Positions 1-8,709 of a stretch of DNA of 61,422 nucleotides are shown piece after piece. Below the pieces are notes generated by a model, which worked only from the letters and a program-made list of their open reading frames with translations, was not told the origin of the DNA and made no database searches. Origin of the DNA: a virus. Its lineage: Duplodnaviria; Caudoviricetes. The stretch is from positions 1 to 61,422 of IMG/VR virus record IMGVR_UViG_3300033407_000369. One strand, written 5' to 3'. Both the position numbers and the translations under genes were made by a program. The number at the start of each line of letters is the position of its first letter. Positions within the stretch are counted from its first letter, which is position 1.

Positions 1-197
1 TTTACAAGATTTTCCCGCCGGAGAAAAACGAAACATGGATCAATGGCATGGGCAGGCGGGCCATTGAGATATTGGCCCCCATCGGTGAATTTTGGGAGTC
101 ACTGAACCTAAAGAACCACTGGGGCGGGAATTTTGATCGGGATTGGAGCCGGGAAGATACCTGGCACGACGTCCCGCATTTTGAGAGGGCGGCATAA
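1..197 (+). CDS. Endolysin C-terminus, M15 family peptidase-like (5' truncated by window)
   Basis: Frame 3 is open from base 3 and ends ...IGEFWESLNLKNHWGGNFDRDWSREDTWHDVPHFERAA*; WGG-x(n)-D-x-PHFE is the M15C C-terminal motif; TAATG overlap with the next gene. Confidence 0.7.
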   Translation, partial: YKIFPPEKNETWINGMGRRAIEILAPIGEFWESLNLKNHWGGNFDRDWSREDTWHDVPHFERAA

Positions 198-664
198 TGG
201 CTTTCTGGACAGGGTTAAAAGGATTGATCGTTGGTGCCGGGAAGATGCCGGACGTTGTAGATACCGGCCTTGATTTGATCAAGAAGGGCGCTTCTGGCGT
301 GGACATGATGTTCTATACCAGTGAGGAAAAAGCCCGTGCCATGGCCGAGAATGCAGGAGCGATCATCGCCCACGCAACAAAGATGAACGAGCTGATGAAC
401 CAGAGCAATACGGCAAGCTCCAGAATTCGCCGCACCCTGGCTTATTGGATTTCTGGGGTGGTGCTTGGAGTTTTTGCCTGGTGCGTTGTTGTTTTGTCGT
501 TAGCTTATTTTATTACCGGGGCTATCACCCAGACAAAAGCATTTATTGCCGACGTTATAGCGATTGCGGATGCTCTCTATATTGGCCCGGCCTTTACCGC
601 CGTCGTGATTGTCTTCTTCGGCTATTACGGGTTAAGCAAAGTCGTCGGGAACAAGGAGAAATAA
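197..664 (+). CDS. Putative holin / membrane lysis protein
   Basis: 155 aa with two C-terminal hydrophobic helices and a basic tail; coupled to the endolysin stop. Confidence 0.6.
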   Translation: MAFWTGLKGLIVGAGKMPDVVDTGLDLIKKGASGVDMMFYTSEEKARAMAENAGAIIAHATKMNELMNQSNTASSRIRRTLAYWISGVVLGVFAWCVVVLSLAYFITGAITQTKAFIADVIAIADALYIGPAFTAVVIVFFGYYGLSKVVGNKEK

Positions 665-666
665 CA

Positions 667-2286
667 ATGCCAATCCCAAAGCCCCGCGCCAGAGAAAAGC
701 AAAAAGACTTTGTTTCCCGCTGCATGGGGGACAGCACTATGGTTGCCGAACATGAAGAAACCGGCAAGCGGGCTGCCGTTTGCTATTCGTCTTGGAAGAA
801 GGCCAAAAAGGCCAATATCAAAGCCAATGCTGCCGGACATTTCTACTTCCCGGAGCTGAAATTCAATCTGGCTGGTCATGGCCGAAGGGAAACGATCAAC
901 GAGGTTGAATATGCAATTTACCCGGTTGTTTTGTTGGTTGAAGGGGTTCACCACGGCGCCATCGGCGATCCTGTCTATTATCCCGCTTCGGTAATCGCCG
1001 ATTCGGCCCCGCATTGGGACGGTATGCCGGTGCCGGTCCAGCACCCGCAGGAAGACGGCCAATATGTAATGTGCGATGGGGATGAAGTTCGGGACAGCTG
1101 GTGTATTGGGCATGTCGGGAATATCAACTTCGCCGAAGGAAAGCTGTCCGGGGAAGTGTTTATCGAGGTTAAACTTGCGGATGAAAAACATCCAGGCCTG
1201 CTGGCTTCGCTGGATTATGGCTCCCCGATGGAGGTGTCCACCGGCTTGCTTGCCCTGGAAGACCAGACGCCGGGTAAATGGAACGACGAAGACTATGCTG
1301 GAATTATCACCGAAATCATCCCTGACCATTTGGCCTTATTGCCTGGTGGAACCGGGGCTTGTAGCTTCAAGGATGGCTGCGGGATTAGAGCAAATAAGGA
1401 GAGCAAAATGATCAGTTTGAAACGAATTAAAGAGGCAGCCCCGGCCTTTGCCGTCAACGAACTTTCTCATTCCGGGGTTTACAGCCTAATTTCGGCTTAT
1501 GTCGATACCAAGGACGTTCGGGACAATGACGGCGGACTGGTCAAAATGCATTACGTTCGGGAGGTCTTTGACAAGTATTTCATCTTCGTCGAACGGTCGC
1601 AAGAAGGCGTCAAGATGTTCAAGCAAGACTATTCAGTCGATTCAAACGATAAACTGGTGCTGGGCGAGTCCATCACCGAAGTCAAAGAGGAAACGCGCTT
1701 CGTGACGGTTTCCGTAAACAATGAAGGAGGAAGCAAAATGGCAGACAAGAAACCTTGCTGTCCGGAAAAGGTCAAGGCGCTGATCGCCAACGAGCACTCG
1801 GCTTACACCGAGAAAGACGAAACCTATTTGCTGGCCCTGGAATCTGACCAGCTCGACAAGATCGTCAATTCCCTGGAGGCCATTGGCGCCGCATCGACCA
1901 AGAAGGCGGAGCCGGAACCCAAAAAGCCGGAAGTCAACACCGACACCAAAGCCGTCACCCTGGCTGACTATCTGGCTGCTGCTCCTGCTGAAATCCGGGG
2001 CGTTCTGAATGCCGGAATGCAGCAGCTCGACAAGGCCCGTTCCGAGGCCATCGCGGCTATCAAGGCCAACACCAAGGCTGCCGGGATGTTCACCGATGCC
2101 ATGCTGATGGGCAAAGACCTGGCCGAACTCCAGGCTATTGCCGCCCTGGCCAAACCGGAACCCCAGCCGGAACCGTCCACCGGATATTTCGGGATGAATG
2201 GCGCTCCGCACACCAACCCTGGCTCCACTGAAGAGGTCACACCGTATGTCCCCCGGACCCTGACTTGCAAAAAGGCTGACGCCTAA
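667..2286 (+). CDS. Head maturation protease / scaffold (DUF2213-like)
   Basis: ATG 667 after AAGGAG; P-x-x-x-HP and PDHLALLP-x-x-x-GAC-x-x-x-DGCG motifs; Ala/Lys-rich C-terminal scaffold region; upstream of capsid genes. Confidence 0.75.
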   Translation: MPIPKPRAREKQKDFVSRCMGDSTMVAEHEETGKRAAVCYSSWKKAKKANIKANAAGHFYFPELKFNLAGHGRRETINEVEYAIYPVVLLVEGVHHGAIGDPVYYPASVIADSAPHWDGMPVPVQHPQEDGQYVMCDGDEVRDSWCIGHVGNINFAEGKLSGEVFIEVKLADEKHPGLLASLDYGSPMEVSTGLLALEDQTPGKWNDEDYAGIITEIIPDHLALLPGGTGACSFKDGCGIRANKESKMISLKRIKEAAPAFAVNELSHSGVYSLISAYVDTKDVRDNDGGLVKMHYVREVFDKYFIFVERSQEGVKMFKQDYSVDSNDKLVLGESITEVKEETRFVTVSVNNEGGSKMADKKPCCPEKVKALIANEHSAYTEKDETYLLALESDQLDKIVNSLEAIGAASTKKAEPEPKKPEVNTDTKAVTLADYLAAAPAEIRGVLNAGMQQLDKARSEAIAAIKANTKAAGMFTDAMLMGKDLAELQAIAALAKPEPQPEPSTGYFGMNGAPHTNPGSTEEVTPYVPRTLTCKKADA

Positions 2287-2314
2287 GCGCCAAATCCTAT
2301 AAGGAGGAATAAAA

Positions 2315-2776
2315 ATGGCAAACAACACGATTATTTTGAAAGGCTGTGGCGTCAGGAATGAAGCCGTGGCGAGCGGCTCGATCACCCCTGGCATGCTGGT
2401 CGCTCTGACCAACGCAACCGCTGATACTGTAGTGGCTCACAACGTCGCTGGTGGAACCTGTGAGCGGGCCTTTGCGGTCGAAGACGATCTTCAAGGCAAC
2501 GACATTGCTGACGCCTATGCCACCGGAAGCCGGGTGCAGTACAACATCATGCAGCCGGGGGATGAAGTCTATGCCCTGCTGGCCAACGGCGAAAGTGCAG
2601 CCAAGGCCGCAAAGCTGGAGTCGAACGGCGATGGTTACCTGCGGGTAGTTGACGCCGACGCCTCTGCCGATGAAATCGCGGTCCAGTCGGTTGTCGCCGT
2701 CGCCCTGGAAGCCGTCGATATGAGTGATAGCTCGGCTGCTGACCCCAGCGGTCGAATCAAAGTCCGGATCATGTAA
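2315..2776 (+). CDS. Head decoration / cement protein
   Basis: 153 aa Ala/Val-rich protein between scaffold and MCP; RBS AAGGAGG. Confidence 0.65.
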   Translation: MANNTIILKGCGVRNEAVASGSITPGMLVALTNATADTVVAHNVAGGTCERAFAVEDDLQGNDIADAYATGSRVQYNIMQPGDEVYALLANGESAAKAAKLESNGDGYLRVVDADASADEIAVQSVVAVALEAVDMSDSSAADPSGRIKVRIM

Positions 2777-2811
2777 TCCGGGGAACCTAAAAAGGAAAGG
2801 AGAACGAACAA

Positions 2812-3888
2812 ATGGCACCAAATATCGAAGTTTTCCGCCCCGGACAGATGCCCACCCTGTTTGGCGGCAACATCGGCAAAAGGCTGATGAGCGCGAACAT
2901 GCAGCCCGGCATCTTGAAGCCGTGGTTGAACGACAAGGGCGAATCTTACGTGACCTTGATGGTCAATGGCAAGCCCGCTGCCGTTCCGGCCCCGCATCTG
3001 AATGCCACCCTTCGTTACGACGAATGGAAGCAGTTGGATGACGCTCTGATCATGGCCGCCGAAGAGCGGTTGGTTGGCGTCGCTGATCTGTACTCCCGGA
3101 ACCTGGTCTATCGGATCAACAACGGCTTGGCCACCACCGTCCTTCAGTATGAGGACATCGACGAGCTGTCCGAAGCCGAACTGACCATGGATGCCGTGAC
3201 CCCGAGCAAGAAGGACCGCCCGGATTACACCCTGAAGTACCTGCCTTTGCCGATCATCCACAAGGACTTTTCCTTCAATATCCGCGCCTTGGCGGCTTCC
3301 CGCAACGGCGGACAGGCCATCGACGTTACCACCGGCATGCTGGCCGCTCGCCAGGTTTCGGAGAAGGTGGAATCTATCCTGTTCACCGGCCATTCCAGCT
3401 ACGCCTATGGTGGCGGGACGATCTACGGTTACATGGATCACCCCAGCCGGAACACCGTCACCCTGTCCCTTAACTGGGACGACGCCAGCAAGACCGGCGC
3501 TCAGATCGTTGCAGATGTCCTGTCGATGAAGCAGGCCAGCATCGACGCCAAGCACTACGGGCCGTGGGTTCTCTACATCCCAACCGCTTACGAAACCGTG
3601 ATCGACGACGACTTCAAGAGCGAGTCCGACAAAACCATCCGCCAGCGGATTCTCGAAATCGGCGGCATCTCGGATGTCAAGGTCGCCGACAAGCTGACCG
3701 CGAACAACGTCCTCCTGGTCCAGATGAGTGCCGATACCGTCCGCATGGTTGAAGGTCTGGCCATGACCACCGTTGAGTGGGATGAGGGCGGCGGGTTCAG
3801 CAGCAATTACAAGGTGCTGACCATCATGGTCCCGCAGATTCGGGCGGACCAGAACGGCAACTGCGGCATCACTCACCTGGCTGCGTAA
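2812..3888 (+). CDS. Major capsid protein (HK97 fold, linocin M18/encapsulin-like)
   Basis: 358 aa, strong RBS, head-operon position; EWKQLDD...LPLPIIHKDFSFNIR...GPWVLY motifs. Confidence 0.8.
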   Translation: MAPNIEVFRPGQMPTLFGGNIGKRLMSANMQPGILKPWLNDKGESYVTLMVNGKPAAVPAPHLNATLRYDEWKQLDDALIMAAEERLVGVADLYSRNLVYRINNGLATTVLQYEDIDELSEAELTMDAVTPSKKDRPDYTLKYLPLPIIHKDFSFNIRALAASRNGGQAIDVTTGMLAARQVSEKVESILFTGHSSYAYGGGTIYGYMDHPSRNTVTLSLNWDDASKTGAQIVADVLSMKQASIDAKHYGPWVLYIPTAYETVIDDDFKSESDKTIRQRILEIGGISDVKVADKLTANNVLLVQMSADTVRMVEGLAMTTVEWDEGGGFSSNYKVLTIMVPQIRADQNGNCGITHLAA

Positions 3889-3920
3889 GGCCAGGGCTGA
3901 GATAACCAGGAGGTTCAACG

Positions 3921-4448
3921 ATGAGTAAAGATAAAATGCAACTGTTTCGGAAATCACGTAATTCCGGTATGCATAAAACCCTTCTGCGGGCTGGTTCGCA
4001 AGTGAATGGCCAGCCCGCAGAAGGTTGGGTTGTGCTTCGCCCTGGCAATACCGTTCTGTGTGCCCCGGCGGATTTGGGGAAAATGGGGATCAGGCAATTC
4101 GACTCCCTGTCGCCGGCCCTGGTCGAGGAAGAACCGATTGTCGAAACTAAGCCAGTGGCTGCAAAGCTCGGCATCAAGAAGCGCGAGAAGAGCAACCACT
4201 GGGATGTTATCAACCCGCTGAATCCAGATAAGCCGTTGAATGCAAAAGCACTGTCGAAGAAGCAGGCTGAAGAACTTTTGGCGCAGCTTCTGGACGAGCC
4301 AGTCGGCCAGGATAACCCCGATGACCTGGACGGTTTGCCCTGGGATTCCCTGGTCGATGTCTTGGAGAGGGAGGGCGGCACGGTTCCGGATGAAGTGGAA
4401 ACCGAAGCCGATTTGGCCGAACTAATCCGTAAAAATCGGGCGGAATAA
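3921..4448 (+). CDS. Hypothetical head-associated protein with C-terminal HeH/Rho-N-like helical domain
   Basis: RBS AGGAGG; follows MCP; C-terminal DLDGLPWDSL...ADLAELI. Confidence 0.45.
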   Translation: MSKDKMQLFRKSRNSGMHKTLLRAGSQVNGQPAEGWVVLRPGNTVLCAPADLGKMGIRQFDSLSPALVEEEPIVETKPVAAKLGIKKREKSNHWDVINPLNPDKPLNAKALSKKQAEELLAQLLDEPVGQDNPDDLDGLPWDSLVDVLEREGGTVPDEVETEADLAELIRKNRAE

Positions 4449-4450
4449 AA

Positions 4451-5071
4451 ATGGCTCTAGCTGCATGGGCCATTCCGAAAATCTGGGAAGGAGGGACCGC
4501 TTTCATTCTTGGGGGCGGTCCTTCCTTACTTTCTGATTTGTCATGTATCCACAAAGAGAGAGTCGTTGGCGTCAATCAGGCATTCCGGCTCGGATCATGG
4601 GTTGACGTTTGCTACTTTGGCGATTGCCATTTTTATTCAGAAAACTTGGAAGATTTGCGTCAGTTTGGCGGATTGATAGTTTCGTCTTGCCAACGTGATG
4701 GTCGGGGCTGGGGATTTGTCCGCCGGGTCCGTAGAAGCAAAGACAAGCCATTTGGGATTGAAAGCAAAAGAAGTGATTCTATAGCCTGGAACAACAACAG
4801 CGGAGCATCTGCTGTTAACATAGCCTATTGGCTTGGCGCAAAAAGAATTGTTCTTGTCGGGTTCGACATGCACCCGGAGAAGGGGCGACACAATTGGCAT
4901 GACCTGTATCCAAAGCGTCAGAGGGGATTCAACCCCTACCCCCGGCATATGATTTGCTGGCCAATTATCGCAAAAGATGCAAAGCAACTCGGAATTGAAA
5001 TTTTGAATGCGACTCCTGGCTCTGCAATCCAGGATTTTCCATATATCGAACTGAATGAGGCTATAAATTGA
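4451..5071 (+). CDS. DUF115/MptE-like Rossmann protein (glycosyltransferase-associated)
   Basis: ILGGGPSL, GVN and NSGASAVNIAYWLGAKRIVLVGFDM motifs. Confidence 0.6.
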   Translation: MALAAWAIPKIWEGGTAFILGGGPSLLSDLSCIHKERVVGVNQAFRLGSWVDVCYFGDCHFYSENLEDLRQFGGLIVSSCQRDGRGWGFVRRVRRSKDKPFGIESKRSDSIAWNNNSGASAVNIAYWLGAKRIVLVGFDMHPEKGRHNWHDLYPKRQRGFNPYPRHMICWPIIAKDAKQLGIEILNATPGSAIQDFPYIELNEAIN

Positions 5072-6081
5072 GAGCCGCAATCCTCAGAGAAATCGGTAAA
5101 CCGCTATCAGTTGAAAACCTTTCATTTTCTTCCGGCCTTGGCGTTGGCCAAGTGCTGGTCCGGGTCAAGGCGTCTGGGATCTGCGGCGCCCAGCTCGGGG
5201 AAATCTCCGGGTCAAAAGGGCCGGATAAATATTTGCCGCATTTGCTCGGCCATGAGGGCGGCGGAATTGTAGAGGCAGTCGGCCCTGGCGTGACGAAAGT
5301 TAAAGCGGACGATCATGTTGTCTTACACTGGCGTAAGGGTAGCGGCATCGAAGCTGCACCCCCCCAATATATCGATAGGAACGATCAGATAGTTGGTGGC
5401 GGATGGGTCACGACTTTCAACGATTTGGCCATTGTTTCAGAAAATCGAGTTACCCCTATCGACAAGCGAGTAGATTTCGCTGTAGCAGCACTTTTAGGGT
5501 GCGGGGTGACTACCGGCCTGGGTTTGGTCAATAACGAAGCACAGCTTAAAATTGGGCAGTCCATCGCGGTTGCCGGGGTCGGTGGCGTCGGGTTGAATGT
5601 GGTTCAGGGTGCTCGGTTAGTTGGCGCTGGCGCTATTATTGCCATTGACCTTTCGGACTATCGCCGGCAAATGGCTTTGAATTTTGGCGCCGATCATATA
5701 GACGAATCGCTTTTATTTTTTCGGGAAAATGGCAAAAATGTCGATGTGTTTGTGGATTGTACTGGAAATGCCCAAATGATTGCAGAAGGACTATCGCTTG
5801 TAAAACCGGGTGGGAAAATGATCTTGGTTGGCCAACCTCATATAGACCACGGCCAGACATTTCCGAAATTTCGCCAGCACTATTGCGGGAAAACTATTAT
5901 GGATTCGCAGGGCGGTTTGACAAACCCCGACATCGACATCCCCCGCTATGTCAAAATGTATCAGAGCGGCAAACTCGACCTTGATTCGCTGATTACCCAT
6001 AAATTTAAATTGGATAATATAAACCAGGCATTAGAAACCATGCGTTCCGGGAACTGCGGGCGCTGCATCGTGGAGATGTGA
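5068..6081 (+). CDS. Zn-dependent alcohol dehydrogenase (MDR family)
   Basis: GICG, GHEGGG, LLGCGVTTG and GVGGVG motifs; the structural-Zn Cys lobe is absent. Confidence 0.9.
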   Translation: MRAAILREIGKPLSVENLSFSSGLGVGQVLVRVKASGICGAQLGEISGSKGPDKYLPHLLGHEGGGIVEAVGPGVTKVKADDHVVLHWRKGSGIEAAPPQYIDRNDQIVGGGWVTTFNDLAIVSENRVTPIDKRVDFAVAALLGCGVTTGLGLVNNEAQLKIGQSIAVAGVGGVGLNVVQGARLVGAGAIIAIDLSDYRRQMALNFGADHIDESLLFFRENGKNVDVFVDCTGNAQMIAEGLSLVKPGGKMILVGQPHIDHGQTFPKFRQHYCGKTIMDSQGGLTNPDIDIPRYVKMYQSGKLDLDSLITHKFKLDNINQALETMRSGNCGRCIVEM

Positions 6082-6085
6082 AAAA

Positions 6086-6865
6086 ATGAACCCGGTTTTC
6101 AAATTTCTCAAAAAACTTATCGTTCTTGATTGCGGACCTGGCTTAACTAAAACCAGAATCGGCAATCGGAACGATGGCGGATATATCGCTTATGAAGAAC
6201 TATGTGAGAAGACCCCAGCGGTTTATACTTTTGGGGTTGGGAATGACGTTTCTTTCGAATTAGATTTCATTTCCAGATTTCCTGATGCTAAATGTTTTCT
6301 GTTCGACCCCACAATAACAGGCCTGCCAGTAGCTCACCCGGCTTTCACTTTTCAAAAGGTAGGATTGCCGCAAGCTTATTATTGGCCCGGCTTAGATGGT
6401 GTCCCGCAAGACAGCCTGCTTAAAATGGATATCGAATGGTGCGAATGGGAATCGTTGGAGGTCATCAGCGTTGATGTCTTGAAAAAGTTCAGCCAGATTT
6501 TAATTGAACTGCATGTTCTTTCTGTTGATGATCCGAAAAATGGCTATTCCCCATATTTTACCGGAGTTTTTCGCGGATTCGCCGGAGATATTAACCGTTC
6601 ATTGTTCGAAAGGTACACTGATGTTTTGGGAAAATTGCTCGACGACTTTTACATTTTTCACATTCACCCGAACAATAGCCTCCCGAAAAAGCGGGTGCAT
6701 ATACACGATTTCCCCCCGCTGCTTGAGGTCAGCTTGGTCCGGAAGGACTTAGTTGATGATATCAAGGAATGTTCTGGCCCGTTCCCTTGCCCAGATTTGG
6801 ACTGCCCAAACAAAATTGATCGCCCGGACATTGAGAACTACTATCCTTTTGGGAGACCGATATAA
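6086..6865 (+). CDS. FkbM/Methyltransf_22-like SAM methyltransferase
   Basis: RIG-x-x-x-DGGY, FGVGNDVSFE, FDPT, LKMDIEWCEW, QILIELH and HIHPNN motifs. Confidence 0.75.
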   Translation: MNPVFKFLKKLIVLDCGPGLTKTRIGNRNDGGYIAYEELCEKTPAVYTFGVGNDVSFELDFISRFPDAKCFLFDPTITGLPVAHPAFTFQKVGLPQAYYWPGLDGVPQDSLLKMDIEWCEWESLEVISVDVLKKFSQILIELHVLSVDDPKNGYSPYFTGVFRGFAGDINRSLFERYTDVLGKLLDDFYIFHIHPNNSLPKKRVHIHDFPPLLEVSLVRKDLVDDIKECSGPFPCPDLDCPNKIDRPDIENYYPFGRPI

Positions 6866-7590
6866 TGTTGAGCGAACGGTCAAGGCAAATCCGCCGGGAC
6901 ACAATCACTCTTTCCCACGCCAATGGCGGTTACCATTACGGCGGTTGTTTCTCTGCAACGGAAATACTGATTGCGCTATTTGATTCTGTTTTGCAGCACG
7001 GGGAAGACCAATTCATTTTGTCGAAAGGTCATGCCTGTTGGCCATATTACGTTTTGCTTCGTGAATTGGGCCTGAATCCGGACTTGGCCGGGCATCCTTC
7101 CCGTGATCCACACAATGGGGTTCCTTGCACCACTGGGAGCCTCGGACACGGCTTCCCCTTGGCGGTTGGGATGGCTTTAGCCAAAAAGGCAAAAGGCGAA
7201 TCTGGTTATGTATTCGTTTTGATGGGGGACGGGGAATGCCAAGAAGGCACAACTTGGGAAAGCCTGCTGATCGCCAACAATTACCGGCTTGATAATTTGG
7301 TCGTAGTCGTAGACTGGAACGGCATTCAGGGTTCTGGCCGGGTAGATGAAGTTTTGCCCTTAGATGGGTTCTGCCGGGCTGCTCAGTCGGTTGGGTGGGA
7401 TGTAGCCAAGATAGACGGGCACAACCCCGATCAAATTATTTCTGCCTGTATTTCTCGCGGCCTTCCCAGGTTAGTGATTGCGGAAACCGTCAAAGGCAAG
7501 GGCATTTCGTTTATGGAGAATCAGCCGGAATGGCATGCGAAATGGCCATCTATCGACGAACATCGGACGATGCTGGAGGAATTGGCATGA
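6865..7590 (+). CDS. Transketolase-like TPP-binding (N-terminal) subunit
   Basis: LSKGHA, GHP, TTGSLGHG and GDGECQEG...N TPP-binding motif; TVKGKG...WH. Confidence 0.9.
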   Translation: MLSERSRQIRRDTITLSHANGGYHYGGCFSATEILIALFDSVLQHGEDQFILSKGHACWPYYVLLRELGLNPDLAGHPSRDPHNGVPCTTGSLGHGFPLAVGMALAKKAKGESGYVFVLMGDGECQEGTTWESLLIANNYRLDNLVVVVDWNGIQGSGRVDEVLPLDGFCRAAQSVGWDVAKIDGHNPDQIISACISRGLPRLVIAETVKGKGISFMENQPEWHAKWPSIDEHRTMLEELA

Positions 7591-8069
7591 GGCGAGCTTT
7601 CGGCAAAACCATCGTCCGGTTGGCAGAAAAAGACCCCAGGATCGTCCTGCTGATCGCGGATGTTTTTCAAGACATGCACGAGCTCAAGCGTCTGTTTCCA
7701 AATCGGTTTTTCAATTTCGGCCTGACTGAGCAAACGATGATTTCCGCCGCCGCTGGCATGGCAATCGAAGGGCTTAGACCAATCGTCTATACCCTGACCC
7801 CGTTCTTGATTGAGCGGCCGTTTGAGCAAGTCAAAATTGATATCGACGAAATGAATCTCCCGGTCATGTTGGTTGGCAATGCCGATTACCCAACTCACGG
7901 CCCAACCCATCGGCCGTTGAACCCGGAAGGTTTGGTTGGATTATTCCGCAATATTCATGGCTATTTCCCCCGGAACGGCCAGGAAGCCGAAAAGGCTATG
8001 CTGGACGCTTATTTGATGAAGAAACCGGCAATTATCTGTCTCAAGAATGATAAATTACCAATAGTGTGA
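7587..8069 (+). CDS. Transketolase-like pyrimidine-binding subunit (no C-terminal domain)
   Basis: ATGA overlap at 7587; RFFNFGLTEQ, ERPFEQVK and HGPTH motifs; only 160 aa. Confidence 0.85.
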   Translation: MRRAFGKTIVRLAEKDPRIVLLIADVFQDMHELKRLFPNRFFNFGLTEQTMISAAAGMAIEGLRPIVYTLTPFLIERPFEQVKIDIDEMNLPVMLVGNADYPTHGPTHRPLNPEGLVGLFRNIHGYFPRNGQEAEKAMLDAYLMKKPAIICLKNDKLPIV

Positions 8070-8073
8070 CCGA

Positions 8074-8709
8074 ATGAAAACAGTGCTAATAACCGGAGCG
8101 GGAAGGGGATTGGGGAAGGCATTGGCTTATGCTTTCTCTACCGCTGGCTATCGCCTGATTTTGCACAGCAATCGTTCGCTTGTCCCTGCCGGGCTGGGTT
8201 TTTCTATCCGGGGGAATCTGCGTGAAGAGAGGGTTATAAACGCCCTCGAAAGAGCCGGGAGTGACGGGGTAGATATCCTGATTAATAATGCCGGGGTTTA
8301 TTATTCCGGCCCGTTCGAGAATATGGCGAATGGCCAAATCGAGGAAATCATTGAGACGAATCTTTTGGCCCCAATCTTCTTAATCAAGAAACTACTCCCA
8401 GCCCTGAAAAAATCAAATGGTCTTGTCATAAATATCAATTCGATTGCTGGTAAAATTCCGGCAAAACACGAAGCTGTTTATTCGGCCAGCAAGCACGGAT
8501 TGCGGGGGTTCGGCCAATCGCTAAGATTCGAAGGGGTGCGGGTGCTTGATATTTATCCCGGTGCAATGCAAACCGATATGGCAAAGACACGCCCCAATTT
8601 CGACAAGTTGATTTACCCGGCAGATGTTGCGAATTTAGTCGTCAAATTGTGTGAATCGGCAGAGACAATGCAAATCCCGGAAATCAATCTAGCCAGGAGC
8701 CGATATTGA
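8074..8709 (+). CDS. Short-chain dehydrogenase/reductase (SDR)
   Basis: TGAGRGLG, NNAG and YSASK motifs. Confidence 0.92.
   Translation: MKTVLITGAGRGLGKALAYAFSTAGYRLILHSNRSLVPAGLGFSIRGNLREERVINALERAGSDGVDILINNAGVYYSGPFENMANGQIEEIIETNLLAPIFLIKKLLPALKKSNGLVININSIAGKIPAKHEAVYSASKHGLRGFGQSLRFEGVRVLDIYPGAMQTDMAKTRPNFDKLIYPADVANLVVKLCESAETMQIPEINLARSRY

Noticed and set aside
445-666. Upstream extension of the 613-aa ORF
   Set aside because: It overlaps the holin; the RBS and ATG at 667 give the plausible start.
2635-3957. Long antisense ORFs over MCP (also over recA, SSB and 44682-45692)
   Set aside because: Shadow ORFs from codon bias in GC-rich genes; no motifs or RBS.
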